Positions 36,995 to 46,158 of a stretch of 64,000 nt of DNA are shown piece after piece. The stretch lies in NCBI GenBank assembly GCA_026418295.1, contig JAOABP010000006.1:1024-65023 (forward strand). Reading direction: 5' to 3'. A program made the translations under genes and the position numbers. The DNA comes from a candidate division WOR-3 bacterium (GTDB taxonomy: Bacteria > Hydrothermota > Tepidihabitantia > Tepidihabitantales > Tepidihabitantaceae). How positions within the stretch are numbered: position 1 is the first letter of the stretch; each line of letters begins with the position of its first letter. The notes under the pieces were generated by a model. It did no database searches. It worked only from the letters and a program-made list of their open reading frames with translations, and was not told the origin of the DNA.

Positions 36995-38244
36995 ACAGCA
37001 AGCAGGGGTTTAAGCCTAGAGATTAATTCAGGAGCCGGGAGTTCGATCTGTTCCCCGGTAGTCAGATTTTTGAGTCCATAGACGCCCCGTTTCAGTTCTT
37101 CCTCGCCGACAATGACAGCAAAAGCGGCGTCTGCAAGGTCGGCAAGATGCAGTTGACGTTTGAGTTTCGGGCTGTCAAAACTGAGCTGGGCAGGTATTCC
37201 GGCTTCGCGGAGACGGTCGGTAAGGTCGACCGCAGTCCGGAGTTCGTTTTCTGAGGTCCAGATGACAAATACCAGTTGCCGTCTGCCGGTCGGTACTTCC
37301 AGCTGAGGCATTGCGAGCATTGTTCGTTCAAGCCCGATTGCCAGTCCGCTCGCGGGAGTGGGGGGACCGCCAAGTTCTTCAATCAGGTAGTCGTAGCGTC
37401 CGCCGCCGCCCAAGCTGTTCTGGGCACCAAGTTTATCGGAAACAAACTCAAAGGTCGTGCGGTTGTAGTAGTCTAAGCCGCGCACCAGATGGTCGTCAAT
37501 CCTGTAGGGGAGCTGGCGGGCAGTGAGTTCATTGATGACAATGGTAAAGTGGGTCTGGCAGTCGGAGCAGAGATACTCCCGTGGGACCGGAGCCTTCTGG
37601 AGCATGGTCTGGCAGTGATCATTCTTGCAGTCGAGGACCCGCAGGGGATTTACTTCAATCCGCTGCTGACAGTCCGGGCACAGCGCCTCCCGGTTAAGAC
37701 GCAGAAAGGTAAGCAGTTTTTCACGATAATCCTGCCGGCAGGTGCGGCAGCCGATTGAGTTTACCATTACTGTGAGACCGGCGATATTCAGCCGGGAGAA
37801 GAAGCGGACACCGAAATGGATCAGTTCGGCATCGGTGCGGGCACTGGCTTCACCGAGTGCTTCAATGCCCAGCTGGTAGAACTCCCGGTATCTGCCTTTC
37901 TGAGGCCGGCTGTAGCGGAAACAGGGGGTGATATAATAAAGCCTGGCGGGAAGGACAAGACGGTTTTCCAGAACAGCACGAATTACTCCGGGCGTGCCTT
38001 CGGGTTTAAGGGTGAGGCTGCGCTGGGAACGGTCCTGAAATGAGTACATCTCCTTGATCACAATGTCGGAGCCGGTGCCCGAGGATTTGATGAACAGTTC
38101 AGTATGTTCGAACGTGGGAGTTACGATTTCCTGGAAGCCATAGATTACGGCAAGATCGCGGAATGTGTTTTCCACCAGCAGTTTCTGCTGGCTGACCGGT
38201 GGGATGAAGTCCTGAGTGCCTTTGGGGCGGGTATGACGGAGCAC
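36991..38244 (-). CDS. hisS: histidine-tRNA ligase
   Basis: 417 aa. Class II motifs (RPKGTQDF, FRYSRPQKGRYREF, GGGGRYD). Confidence 0.95.
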   Translation of the reverse strand: MLRHTRPKGTQDFIPPVSQQKLLVENTFRDLAVIYGFQEIVTPTFEHTELFIKSSGTGSDIVIKEMYSFQDRSQRSLTLKPEGTPGVIRAVLENRLVLPARLYYITPCFRYSRPQKGRYREFYQLGIEALGEASARTDAELIHFGVRFFSRLNIAGLTVMVNSIGCRTCRQDYREKLLTFLRLNREALCPDCQQRIEVNPLRVLDCKNDHCQTMLQKAPVPREYLCSDCQTHFTIVINELTARQLPYRIDDHLVRGLDYYNRTTFEFVSDKLGAQNSLGGGGRYDYLIEELGGPPTPASGLAIGLERTMLAMPQLEVPTGRRQLVFVIWTSENELRTAVDLTDRLREAGIPAQLSFDSPKLKRQLHLADLADAAFAVIVGEEELKRGVYGLKNLTTGEQIELPAPELISRLKPLLAV

Positions 38245-38246
38245 AG

Positions 38247-38603
38247 TTACTTCAAACGCGCAGAGAGTTCATATGAAACCAGACCGAGTCCCAGTCCGAT
38301 GAGGTTGGAGAGCAGATCGACCAGATTGTATTCTCTGCCAGTAGGGAGCAAGCGCTGAAGGTATTCGACACCCGCAGCAAGCGGCAGTGTGAGCAGGAGC
38401 GAAGTCCAAGGCATTGCCGCTTGGCCGAGAACGCCCATGACCGTAAACAGCGCAGTGTGAATAGTTTTGTCCAGGCCGCGCTGAATCAGTCGTGGCGGTC
38501 TGCCAGTGGGCAGCAGCAGGGCGATTACGGTGATGATAATCCAGAGGACGAAGAGAATTTTGGCGGGGCCGCGCTTAGCCACGGGTTTCCTCGCCGCGGA
38601 CAA
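38247..38603 (-). CDS. VanZ-like membrane protein
   Basis: 118 aa, 3-4 TM helices. DKTIH...F and VDLLSNLIGLGLG patterns. Confidence 0.55.
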   Translation of the reverse strand: MSAARKPVAKRGPAKILFVLWIIITVIALLLPTGRPPRLIQRGLDKTIHTALFTVMGVLGQAAMPWTSLLLTLPLAAGVEYLQRLLPTGREYNLVDLLSNLIGLGLGLVSYELSARLK

Positions 38604-39207
38604 TCTCCTTGATCCGCATTAACCGGGTGAGTTCTTGGCGTTCAGCTTCAGCCAGCCGGAAGGTGATCACCCGGACCGCATCTTCCAGAGCGGGGATAAG
38701 GACGAATTCGAGGGCGTTGACCCGGCGCCGGGTGCGTTCCAGTTCGGTTGCCAGAATTTCAACCGCCTTTTCCTTTTCGGCGAGGACGAGCAGGGAATCG
38801 AGCAGCTTTTCCATCCGGAGGAGGGCGATGTCCAGTTCGCCCGAGGTGGTGGCAAAGCCGTAGCAGCGGAGGGTGCCACTGACTTTCTTGGTGAAAACCG
38901 GCACACGGATGTTCATGATTGTCTGGGTGGAGACGGCAATTTCCACTTGGCGGGTCGGTTTCATTACCGCTTCCCGGAGAAACTCTCCGGGGTAGGAGTT
39001 GCGGGCAAGGGCGAAGCGGGTAAGGACGCTGCGTGTTTCTTCCTGTACCCGCTGGCGATGCTCCCGGATTTCCTCCACCAGTTTCAGCAGCCGTCGCATG
39101 AGTTCCTGTTGTTTGTCCTTCAGGAGTTTGTGGCCGCGCCGGGCAATTGCCAGCCGGCGGCGCAGACGCATCAACTCCATCCGGGTGGCGTTGACCGCGA
39201 GTCGCAT
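38575..39207 (-). CDS. ntpD: V-type (A/V) ATPase subunit D homologue, not next to any other V-ATPase gene
   Basis: 210 aa. N-terminal ATRMELMRLRRRLAIARRGHKLLKDKQQEL and C-terminal TRRRVNALEFVLIPAL match the conserved ends of V-ATPase D (PTRM.LL..+..L..A.+G..LLK.K.D.L ; RRVNALE.V.IP). Confidence 0.8.
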   Translation of the reverse strand: MRLAVNATRMELMRLRRRLAIARRGHKLLKDKQQELMRRLLKLVEEIREHRQRVQEETRSVLTRFALARNSYPGEFLREAVMKPTRQVEIAVSTQTIMNIRVPVFTKKVSGTLRCYGFATTSGELDIALLRMEKLLDSLLVLAEKEKAVEILATELERTRRRVNALEFVLIPALEDAVRVITFRLAEAERQELTRLMRIKEIVRGEETRG

Positions 39208-39214
39208 CAGGTGA

Positions 39215-39242
39215 ATTTTATAAAATCAGGTGGCAATGTCAA
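39215..39242 (-). promoter_or_regulatory. promoter TTGACA-16 nt-TAAAAT ending 7 nt before the ntpD ATG (leaderless-type layout)
   Basis: Minus-strand read: TTGACAttgccacctgattttaTAAAATtcacctgATG. No SD fits in the 7-nt gap. Confidence 0.45.
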
Positions 39243-39301
39243 AGTTCTGGCATACCGGTTTCTGATTAAGGAGTCAGATTGCTGAGGCGGCTCATGTGCT
39301 G

Positions 39302-40405
39302 TCAGTGTTTAGCCTGCCAGTCCAGTTGGATGAGCACAATATCTTTTGTTTGCCGGACCACATCGGCCGCAACCAGCAGTTTACCGTTGGTTGCAATTGA
39401 AACTCCCCTTGTCTGAGTACCGAGTTTTAACTGGCGTTCCCAGATTGAACTGGCATTGGGCAAATATTCAAATACCAGAAGCTGGTGAAGTTTAGGGCTG
39501 AGCAGAGTGCCACAGATGATAACTGTGCCGTCCGGGCTGATAGTGATGTCGCTGCCTTCAGCTTGGGCGTTTTCCCCATAGGCAACTTTACGCACTGCGC
39601 CACCATCAGCGGTGTATTCAAGAATTACGCAACGGGTGGAATCCCCAATCCGGGCAGTGCCGACCGTAATGATGTTGCCAAATTGATCAAGGGCGATATT
39701 TCCCGGTTCATCATTTCCGCCGGAGTCATAGCGCCGGGTCCAGAGCGTGTCTCCGTCGGGTTTCAGCCGCATAAGGAAGATATCCGGGCCGGAACAAAAT
39801 CTGCCGAGCACGGTCAGGTTACTTTGAGGGTCTGCCTTGATCTTCCAGCCTTCAGCCGGTTCAGCAAAAGGATAGACGCGGGTCCAGCGGGTGGTGCCAG
39901 AGGAATCTAGGACTGCGATAAACAGCTGGTTACCCTCTGCGGTACTGATGCCACCGGTAATTGCAATCCCGTCTTTCAACGGACAGATGCCGTTTGCCCA
40001 GGATGCTTTTGCTAATGACAGGCCTTTCTTCCACCGGGTTCTGCCATCATTCCCTACGCGGATCACGAGGCAGATTGTAGTATCATAGAGCCGGGTGTAC
40101 CCGCAGAGATAGAGGTTTTTTTGATGGTCAAGGACAGCATCCTTCAGGATATTGTAACTGCCCTCGGCAAAGTTCAGTTTCCTTTTTGACTTGCCATGCT
40201 GGTCAAGAAACTGGACAAGTCCCACCGACCTGCCCGTTGTCTCCCGTCCCTGATTTGCAACAACAATCAGATTTTCATCCGTAGTAAGCAGTTTAACGCA
40301 CCGCTCATCGGTTCCGGTGTCAATCCAGGTCTGCCAGACCACCGGCGGTCTTCCGCAGAGAGCAAAAATTAACATCCAAGGCAGTAACAGGACAAGGCGT
40401 TTCAT
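39302..40405 (-). CDS. secreted lipoprotein with beta-propeller-type repeats
   Basis: 367 aa. Signal peptide plus lipobox (IFALCG). Recurrent ...D..GN(I/L)...G(T/Y)... blades (LDQFGNIITVGT, ISPDGTVIICGT, DHQKNLYLCGYT). Confidence 0.5.
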   Translation of the reverse strand: MKRLVLLLPWMLIFALCGRPPVVWQTWIDTGTDERCVKLLTTDENLIVVANQGRETTGRSVGLVQFLDQHGKSKRKLNFAEGSYNILKDAVLDHQKNLYLCGYTRLYDTTICLVIRVGNDGRTRWKKGLSLAKASWANGICPLKDGIAITGGISTAEGNQLFIAVLDSSGTTRWTRVYPFAEPAEGWKIKADPQSNLTVLGRFCSGPDIFLMRLKPDGDTLWTRRYDSGGNDEPGNIALDQFGNIITVGTARIGDSTRCVILEYTADGGAVRKVAYGENAQAEGSDITISPDGTVIICGTLLSPKLHQLLVFEYLPNASSIWERQLKLGTQTRGVSIATNGKLLVAADVVRQTKDIVLIQLDWQAKH

Positions 40406-40647
40406 TTTTTTGACCTCCTTGCTGGTTAACAGATAACAATAGCCACGGATGCGAGGTCTGTCAACTCAGCCGTCCGCACGATGTTGCTGATTGATTCAGC
40501 AGCTACCTTACCAGTATAACGGTGAATGCATCCGGCAATAACCCAGGGCATGCCCCCACCCCAAAGTTTAGTGTTTTTAATGATTCTTACACTATATATA
40601 GAACAAAGGTAGGATGGGGTTTAAGTGTGGATAAGGAGTTGTTTGTT

Positions 40648-41391
40648 GTGTTACGGTTAGCAGATTTGACTTTTGAGCGCCGGGTTCATATACTATCGGC
40701 GATGAGATGGGCGGCATTTGTGGTAAGTTTTGCGGTCGGCATTTTACGGTTGAGTGCGCAGGAGCCCGAAGCTTGGCTGGTGCCGTTCGGGTGTGCATTT
40801 GAGCATGATATCCAGGAATTTAATCAGGTGTTTGTCCGGAATAATCTTCCTGAGTTCAGCAGGAGAATTTACGGCTGGGGCGTGGAACTGCGTTCACTTG
40901 CCGGAGGTAACATTCTTATTGGTCCGATGTATTTTCGGGTGCAGGAGCAGGTGAGAAATGACTCTTTCCAGCTGCGAACTGAAACTTGGAGTATTATGGG
41001 GGAAGCCGGTTTGAAACTGCCGATCTTTGGTTTTATGACGGTGACGCCGATGATCGGGTTGGGTGGTGTCCAGCCTGCTTTTCAGGTGAAGCAGTTAAAG
41101 GGCGATGTTGAGCTGGACAGTTTGCTCAAGGCACCGGGAAGAATGGCGAGTTTTTCTCCAGGGATCAAGCTTGCCGGGCTGGCGGCACTGGAAATAAGTC
41201 TGAATCTTCCGACCAAGGCCGGGAAATATGGTGTGGCGCTGAGGGGTGGGTATCTTTATTCGCCATTTGCATTAAGGTGGTGTCTGCCTGACGGGAGTGA
41301 GGTGCGCGGGGCACCAGATTCAAGGATTCGCGGGTTCTGGGTTTCAGCGGGGTTAACGCTCATTCCCGCGCCCGAGGTGGAGACCGAATGA
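40648..41391 (+). CDS. hypothetical exported protein, possibly a small outer-membrane beta-barrel
   Basis: GTG at 40648 lies 9 nt after AAGGAG. Signal-like MRWAAFVVSFAVGILRLSAQE, then alternating hydrophobic beta-strand pattern. The ORF-track start at 40522 has no SD. Confidence 0.4.
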   Translation: MLRLADLTFERRVHILSAMRWAAFVVSFAVGILRLSAQEPEAWLVPFGCAFEHDIQEFNQVFVRNNLPEFSRRIYGWGVELRSLAGGNILIGPMYFRVQEQVRNDSFQLRTETWSIMGEAGLKLPIFGFMTVTPMIGLGGVQPAFQVKQLKGDVELDSLLKAPGRMASFSPGIKLAGLAALEISLNLPTKAGKYGVALRGGYLYSPFALRWCLPDGSEVRGAPDSRIRGFWVSAGLTLIPAPEVETE

Positions 41392-42224
41392 GAAACCGGA
41401 CGGGTCTGCTTGCCGGTACCGGGCTACTGGCACTTCTTGCCTGTCTTTATACCTACAAGGCTGATGCTACCGATACATTTTCCCGGGCGGTTGAAAGTTT
41501 CCGGGAGGTAAATGTCGAGACTAAAAATGGTGCGGTAACAGTCAGTCCTGTTGCCGAGAGTGTTGCTCAGATTCAGATTCTCCGATATGCCTATGGCAAG
41601 GACCGGGAGGATGCGCAGCGTCGTCTGGAGCAGATTGCGGTTAGGGAGAGTGTTACCGGAGAGGAGTGGCATTTACGGGTGAATTTTCCGGCAAGTTCAG
41701 TTCCCCAGGGTGCAAATGTTACTGCCAGGCTTCCTGAAAATGCAGAAGTGAGTGTCACCACCAGCAATGGGAGAGTTTCCGTTGCCGGCATTAATGGAGG
41801 TGTAGCGGTGATTACGAGTAATGGGTCGGTGGAATTTACCGGCACCGGCGGGGACGGGTATATCTCGACGACCAATGCGGATGTGCATGTGCGGGTTCAT
41901 GAAGGGGGGATGACCGTTAATACATCCAATGGTGAAATTGAATGTGATCTGAGTGCGCTGCCGGCAGTCAAGAGTGTAAGTCTGAATACAAGTAACGGCA
42001 GGGTAGTGTTGAGTCTGCCACCGGATGTCTCCTGCCGGATCACTGCCAGCACCAGTAACGGCACAGTGGTGATTACCGGTTTTCGTGCGGAATACGAAGA
42101 GCAGAGTCAGATCCGGGTTCGGGCCAGGATCGGTTCGGGTGCCTCCAGTGTGACAGTTACTACTACCAATGGTGATATTTTGATTCAGAACCGGAGCCAC
42201 ACCGCCGGTGGTCTAATTTATTAG
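41388..42224 (+). CDS. DUF4097-like (putative adhesin / beta-helix) lipoprotein
   Basis: 278 aa. LLAC lipobox. Repeated (T/N)(T/S)SNG.(V/I) units ([57 protein letters not shown]). ATGA overlap with the upstream gene. Confidence 0.6.
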   Translation: MRNRTGLLAGTGLLALLACLYTYKADATDTFSRAVESFREVNVETKNGAVTVSPVAESVAQIQILRYAYGKDREDAQRRLEQIAVRESVTGEEWHLRVNFPASSVPQGANVTARLPENAEVSVTTSNGRVSVAGINGGVAVITSNGSVEFTGTGGDGYISTTNADVHVRVHEGGMTVNTSNGEIECDLSALPAVKSVSLNTSNGRVVLSLPPDVSCRITASTSNGTVVITGFRAEYEEQSQIRVRARIGSGASSVTVTTTNGDILIQNRSHTAGGLIY

Positions 42225-42237
42225 AAATGGAGGATAT

Positions 42238-42573
42238 ATGGCTGATAATCAGAATGTTTTGCACCTGACCGATAACAATTTTGAGACCGAAGTCTCCGGT
42301 TCAACCGTGCCGATGCTGGTTGATTTCTGGGCACCATGGTGTGGACCATGCCGGATGATTGCACCGGTGATCGACCGGCTGGCTGAAAAGTATGCCCCGA
42401 GATTGAAGGTGGGGAAGGTGAATGTTGATGAGAATCCCCAGACCGCCGGCAGGTTCGGCATCATGAGCATTCCGACGCTGGTGTTCTTCAAAGAAGGCAA
42501 GGAGGTTGACCGGATTATCGGGGCGTTGCCTGAAGCGGTGCTGAGTGCCAAAATTGAGGAACTGCTGCGATAA
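42238..42573 (+). CDS. trxA: thioredoxin
   Basis: 111 aa, with the [10 protein letters not shown] active site. Confidence 0.95.
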   Translation: MADNQNVLHLTDNNFETEVSGSTVPMLVDFWAPWCGPCRMIAPVIDRLAEKYAPRLKVGKVNVDENPQTAGRFGIMSIPTLVFFKEGKEVDRIIGALPEAVLSAKIEELLR

Positions 42574-42589
42574 CCTCCGGTCTTATTAA

Positions 42590-44005
42590 TTGATATTCAG
42601 GGATAGCAGGCTGAAATCCGAGGCAGTTAACAGGCTGTTAGAGATTGTTTCTTCCGATCGGCTGATCACCGAGACCGAACGGCTGCTGGACTACAGCCAC
42701 GATGAAAGTCCGCACCCTCCATGTGTTCCGGTTGCGGTGGTCAAGCCGGTAAGCGTCGAGGAGGTTGTCCGGATTGTTCAATTTGCCCGCGAGGAGAGGT
42801 TACCGTTAACACCGCGCGGACTCGGTACCGGTCTCGCAGGTGGTTCGGTGCCGGTTCACGGCGGGCTGGTAATCAGTCTGGAGCTGATGAACCGGATTCT
42901 GGAGATTGATAACGTAAATCTCATGGTCCGGACCGAACCGGGAGTTGTTACTGCGAGGTTACAGGAGGCATGCGCTGCTTATGGTCTCTATTATCCTGTC
43001 GACCCGGCTTCGCTTGACGACTGTTCAATTGGCGGTAATGTGGTGACGAATGCCGGTGGCGCCCGGGCGTTCAAGTATGGTGTTACCGGTGACTATGTTA
43101 CCGGAGTTCAGGCGGTACTTGCCGATGGTTCGGTGATCAATTATGGCGGCAAGCTGCGCAAGAATGCCACCGGTTATGATCTGAACCGGCTGCTGGTCGG
43201 TTCGGAAGGAACTCTGGGAGTTGTGACTGAGATTACCTTCCGTCTTGTGCCCAAGCCGGCTCATCAGGTGGATCTGCTCATCCCCTGTCGAAGTATGACA
43301 CAGGCGGTGGAACTTGTAATCCGGCTGGTGCAGGAACGGCGACTGATGCCCGCGGTAGTGGAGTTTTTTGAGAAGAAGGGAACTGATGCCAGCATCAGGG
43401 TGCTGGGAGAAAATTTGCCATTTCCCGATGCGGCAGTTCAGGTACTGATTGAACTGGAAGGGAATGACCGGGAGGCGGTAGCGGAGGATGCATTAAAACT
43501 GGGAGAGATGGCGATGGCGCTGGGAACGGATGAACCGCTGGTTGCCGAAGATGCATCAAGCCAGGCACGGCTGTGGAAGACACGCCGTTCGCTGGCAAAG
43601 ACATTAAAACAGCTTTATCCAGAGGTAATTGCCGAGGATATTGTTGTCCCGGTCAGCCGGCTGGCGGAGACGGTTGAGTTTATCCGCCAGCTGGAATCCC
43701 GGTTTGGACTGATGATTGTGCCGTTCGGGCATATAGGCGACGGTAATATTCATACTGACTTCTGCCGGAATGAGTCTGACCGGGCGGGCTGGCAGGAGCG
43801 GGTGAACCGGGCGGTTGATGAACTGATTGATTTCGTGGTCCGGGCTGGCGGTCAGATAACCGCCGAGCACGGAATCGGTGCCCTGAAAAAGAGATTGATG
43901 AAGAAGGGACTGGGGGAGGCAGAGCTCAGGCTGATGCGTCATCTGAAGCAGACACTGGATCCGGATAATATTTTGAATCCGGGCAAGGTACTGCCTGATG
44001 ATTAG
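42590..44005 (+). CDS. FAD-linked oxidase (GlcD / D-lactate dehydrogenase family)
   Basis: 471 aa. FAD_binding_4-like region (PRGLGTGLAGGSVP, GGNV.TNAGG) and C-terminal HIGDGNIH...AEHGIG. Confidence 0.85.
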   Translation: MIFRDSRLKSEAVNRLLEIVSSDRLITETERLLDYSHDESPHPPCVPVAVVKPVSVEEVVRIVQFAREERLPLTPRGLGTGLAGGSVPVHGGLVISLELMNRILEIDNVNLMVRTEPGVVTARLQEACAAYGLYYPVDPASLDDCSIGGNVVTNAGGARAFKYGVTGDYVTGVQAVLADGSVINYGGKLRKNATGYDLNRLLVGSEGTLGVVTEITFRLVPKPAHQVDLLIPCRSMTQAVELVIRLVQERRLMPAVVEFFEKKGTDASIRVLGENLPFPDAAVQVLIELEGNDREAVAEDALKLGEMAMALGTDEPLVAEDASSQARLWKTRRSLAKTLKQLYPEVIAEDIVVPVSRLAETVEFIRQLESRFGLMIVPFGHIGDGNIHTDFCRNESDRAGWQERVNRAVDELIDFVVRAGGQITAEHGIGALKKRLMKKGLGEAELRLMRHLKQTLDPDNILNPGKVLPDD

Positions 44006-46143
44006 TAACGGAGGCGGACTTTGGCAATCCTGCCGGTTTTCCTGAAGTTTTTCCCCTGAACGACCACGATGTAGACACCATCGGCAACTTCCCGGTTCTG
44101 CTCGTTGGTGCCGTTCCACTGAATTTCCCGGGTTTGAACCCGGGAGAATTTTTTTACCAGAGTGCCGGAGAGGGTGTAGATGAAGACATCCGGTATCTCC
44201 TCCGGCGGAAAATCGAGGATTAACCGGCAGGGACCGGTAAAGGGTGCCGGCAGGGTATAGGGTTCTGCCCAGCTGGTGATTTTGACGGGGTAGTACTGGC
44301 TGACATAAGAGCGGTTGCCGAATGAGTCAATCGCAATCACCAGAAAGTAATAGCCTGAGGTGTCGCGGGCGAGGTTAAAGAGATAGGCGGTGGTATCACT
44401 AGTAGTCAATGCCCGGCGCAGACTGGCAAACCGCTCAATTCTGATGTCATCGATAAAGACACCAAGCCGGTTGATTTCGGCGTCAGTCTGATATCGGAAT
44501 CTCAGATAAAGTTGAGGAGCGGCGGGAAGAAGATAGCGTAATTCCTGCCATTTTTCGCCATCACCATAGATTGAGTCCAGCGGCTGCCAGGCGGTTCTGT
44601 CGCCAGAACATTCGACATAGCAGACATCCCGGTGGATATTGCCGGTCGAATCTTCGGTCTCCTGAGTGGAGTAGAATACATAGAATGAGAGCAGTCCTCC
44701 GTGTGGCAGAGGGAGCGGGTCTTTCAGTTCCAGTTGACAGTTCAGATTGCTGGCTGAGCCCGAGAAGAACGCCTGTGCCGGGGAGCGGAAGTAGCGGGTG
44801 GACAGACTCCAGCCGTTGCTTTCCCAGTTATTCAAACTGTCTCCATGGTCAAGGAGTATGATTTCCGGTTCAGTTACCTGATAAAGTTCATAAGTTAGCG
44901 ATACCAAATCCCAGCTTTTCCTCCACCAGAGCCGGATTTCCCCCCGTCTACCGGTTCGATGGCGGGTGATTTCCGGGGTCTCCGGTTTCACATCATCACA
45001 GCCGAAGTAGCTGTTGAGAAATCTCAGCCATGGTATGGAATCGGCAAAGGTCAGCCAGCGGTATTCGCTGGTTTTGGATTTAAAATCAAGATAGCCGGAA
45101 GGAAACCAGACGGCAACACCCCGGGCATTGGCCAGGCTGCCGGCAGTGGCGTTGGCGACAATCAGTGGATTGAGCGTTGAACGCAGGTATGTCAGACCGG
45201 TACCGGGTGCCAGTTCCCAGAAGTGAATAAAGTCAATCTGTTCGTCCCTGACAGAAGGTGGATGGACCGCATCGGTGGGGAAAGTCTGAACTCCGGTTCG
45301 TGCCAGCTGGTAGCCGGTGGCCTGCGGATTCAGGCTGTCCTGCAGGACCGGGCCCAAAATTTTCATCACCCGTTCGAGCTGGTGCAGGTCAAGGGCGGAA
45401 AGGCAGACATCCTCTCCCGGGAAGGAGCTGACATAGTCGGCACAGAATTCCGGGAGAAATTCCTCCGGGGTTGAGGTCGGTCGGGCGGTCAGACGTCCGA
45501 GAAAAAGATCGTAAGGGAAACCATCCCACTCAACCACCGCTTCGGATGCCAAGAGATAATCGGCAAACGGCATCAGTTCAGCTGCGATTTCAATTGACCC
45601 CATGAGACAGGCATCAAATCCGATGATGGTGAGTTTCCGGCCAAGGTGTTCAACGCCGCTTTTAATTGCCTTCCGGAGTTCACCTCCGGCAACACCCATC
45701 ATGTGGGCATGGGACTCGTCAATGAGTACCGCCCTTTGCGGTCCGTAACCGGCACGCCAGCCATTACCATGGTCCCAGAGAATCAGCAGGTAGTTCGAGG
45801 CAGGATAGTGTGTGCCGAGGAATTCGATGAACTCTGCCAGCACTGCGGTGTCTGCCATATCAACCTCCCCCAGGTCTGCAAGCAGATCCAGCACTGATTT
45901 CCGTACATAATAACGACGGCAACCCGGGTTGGTGTCCCGGGCAGCGTTGTCAACCTGAACGATGATATTGACCTCGCTGGTCGAACCTATTGTAAGCATT
46001 TCCCGGAGATCTTCATATGCCTGTTCACTCATGCCGTTGTCGGCACACATGTAGATACCGACAGTCCACTCGGTACCGTAGACAGGACACAGAAGTAAAA
46101 GCAGGGGGATGGTTAACCATCCCCCTGCCTGTCGGATCGCCAT
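44002..46143 (-). CDS. secreted C11 (clostripain-family) cysteine peptidase with MAM-like beta-sandwich and T9SS C-terminal sorting domain
   Basis: 713 aa. Signal peptide, catalytic-dyad contexts LILWDHGNGW (His) and IGFDACLMG (Cys), MAM-like ...LRFRYQTDAEINRLGVFIDDIRIE, and CTD ...IYTLSGTLVKKF...WNGTN...ADGVYIVVV. Confidence 0.8.
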   Translation of the reverse strand: MAIRQAGGWLTIPLLLLLCPVYGTEWTVGIYMCADNGMSEQAYEDLREMLTIGSTSEVNIIVQVDNAARDTNPGCRRYYVRKSVLDLLADLGEVDMADTAVLAEFIEFLGTHYPASNYLLILWDHGNGWRAGYGPQRAVLIDESHAHMMGVAGGELRKAIKSGVEHLGRKLTIIGFDACLMGSIEIAAELMPFADYLLASEAVVEWDGFPYDLFLGRLTARPTSTPEEFLPEFCADYVSSFPGEDVCLSALDLHQLERVMKILGPVLQDSLNPQATGYQLARTGVQTFPTDAVHPPSVRDEQIDFIHFWELAPGTGLTYLRSTLNPLIVANATAGSLANARGVAVWFPSGYLDFKSKTSEYRWLTFADSIPWLRFLNSYFGCDDVKPETPEITRHRTGRRGEIRLWWRKSWDLVSLTYELYQVTEPEIILLDHGDSLNNWESNGWSLSTRYFRSPAQAFFSGSASNLNCQLELKDPLPLPHGGLLSFYVFYSTQETEDSTGNIHRDVCYVECSGDRTAWQPLDSIYGDGEKWQELRYLLPAAPQLYLRFRYQTDAEINRLGVFIDDIRIERFASLRRALTTSDTTAYLFNLARDTSGYYFLVIAIDSFGNRSYVSQYYPVKITSWAEPYTLPAPFTGPCRLILDFPPEEIPDVFIYTLSGTLVKKFSRVQTREIQWNGTNEQNREVADGVYIVVVQGKNFRKTGRIAKVRLRY

Positions 46144-46158
46144 TGCGGCGATTGCGTT

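Noticed and set aside
40485-40501. Inverted repeat TGCTGA-TTGAT-TCAGCA in the divergent region between 40405 and 40648, considered as an operator.
   Set aside because: The 6-bp arms are too short to be significant on their own, and I did not see a second copy elsewhere in the window.
40522-40647. The ORF-track N-terminal extension (MNASGNNPGH...) of the barrel-like protein.
   Set aside because: There is no SD before 40522. An in-frame GTG at 40648 follows AAGGAG by 9 nt and yields a normal signal peptide. Similar track extensions were trimmed at 27646-27690 (gmk), 50107-50136 (cargo), 61951-61983 (YfhO-like) and 22653-22664 (PIN/TRAM).
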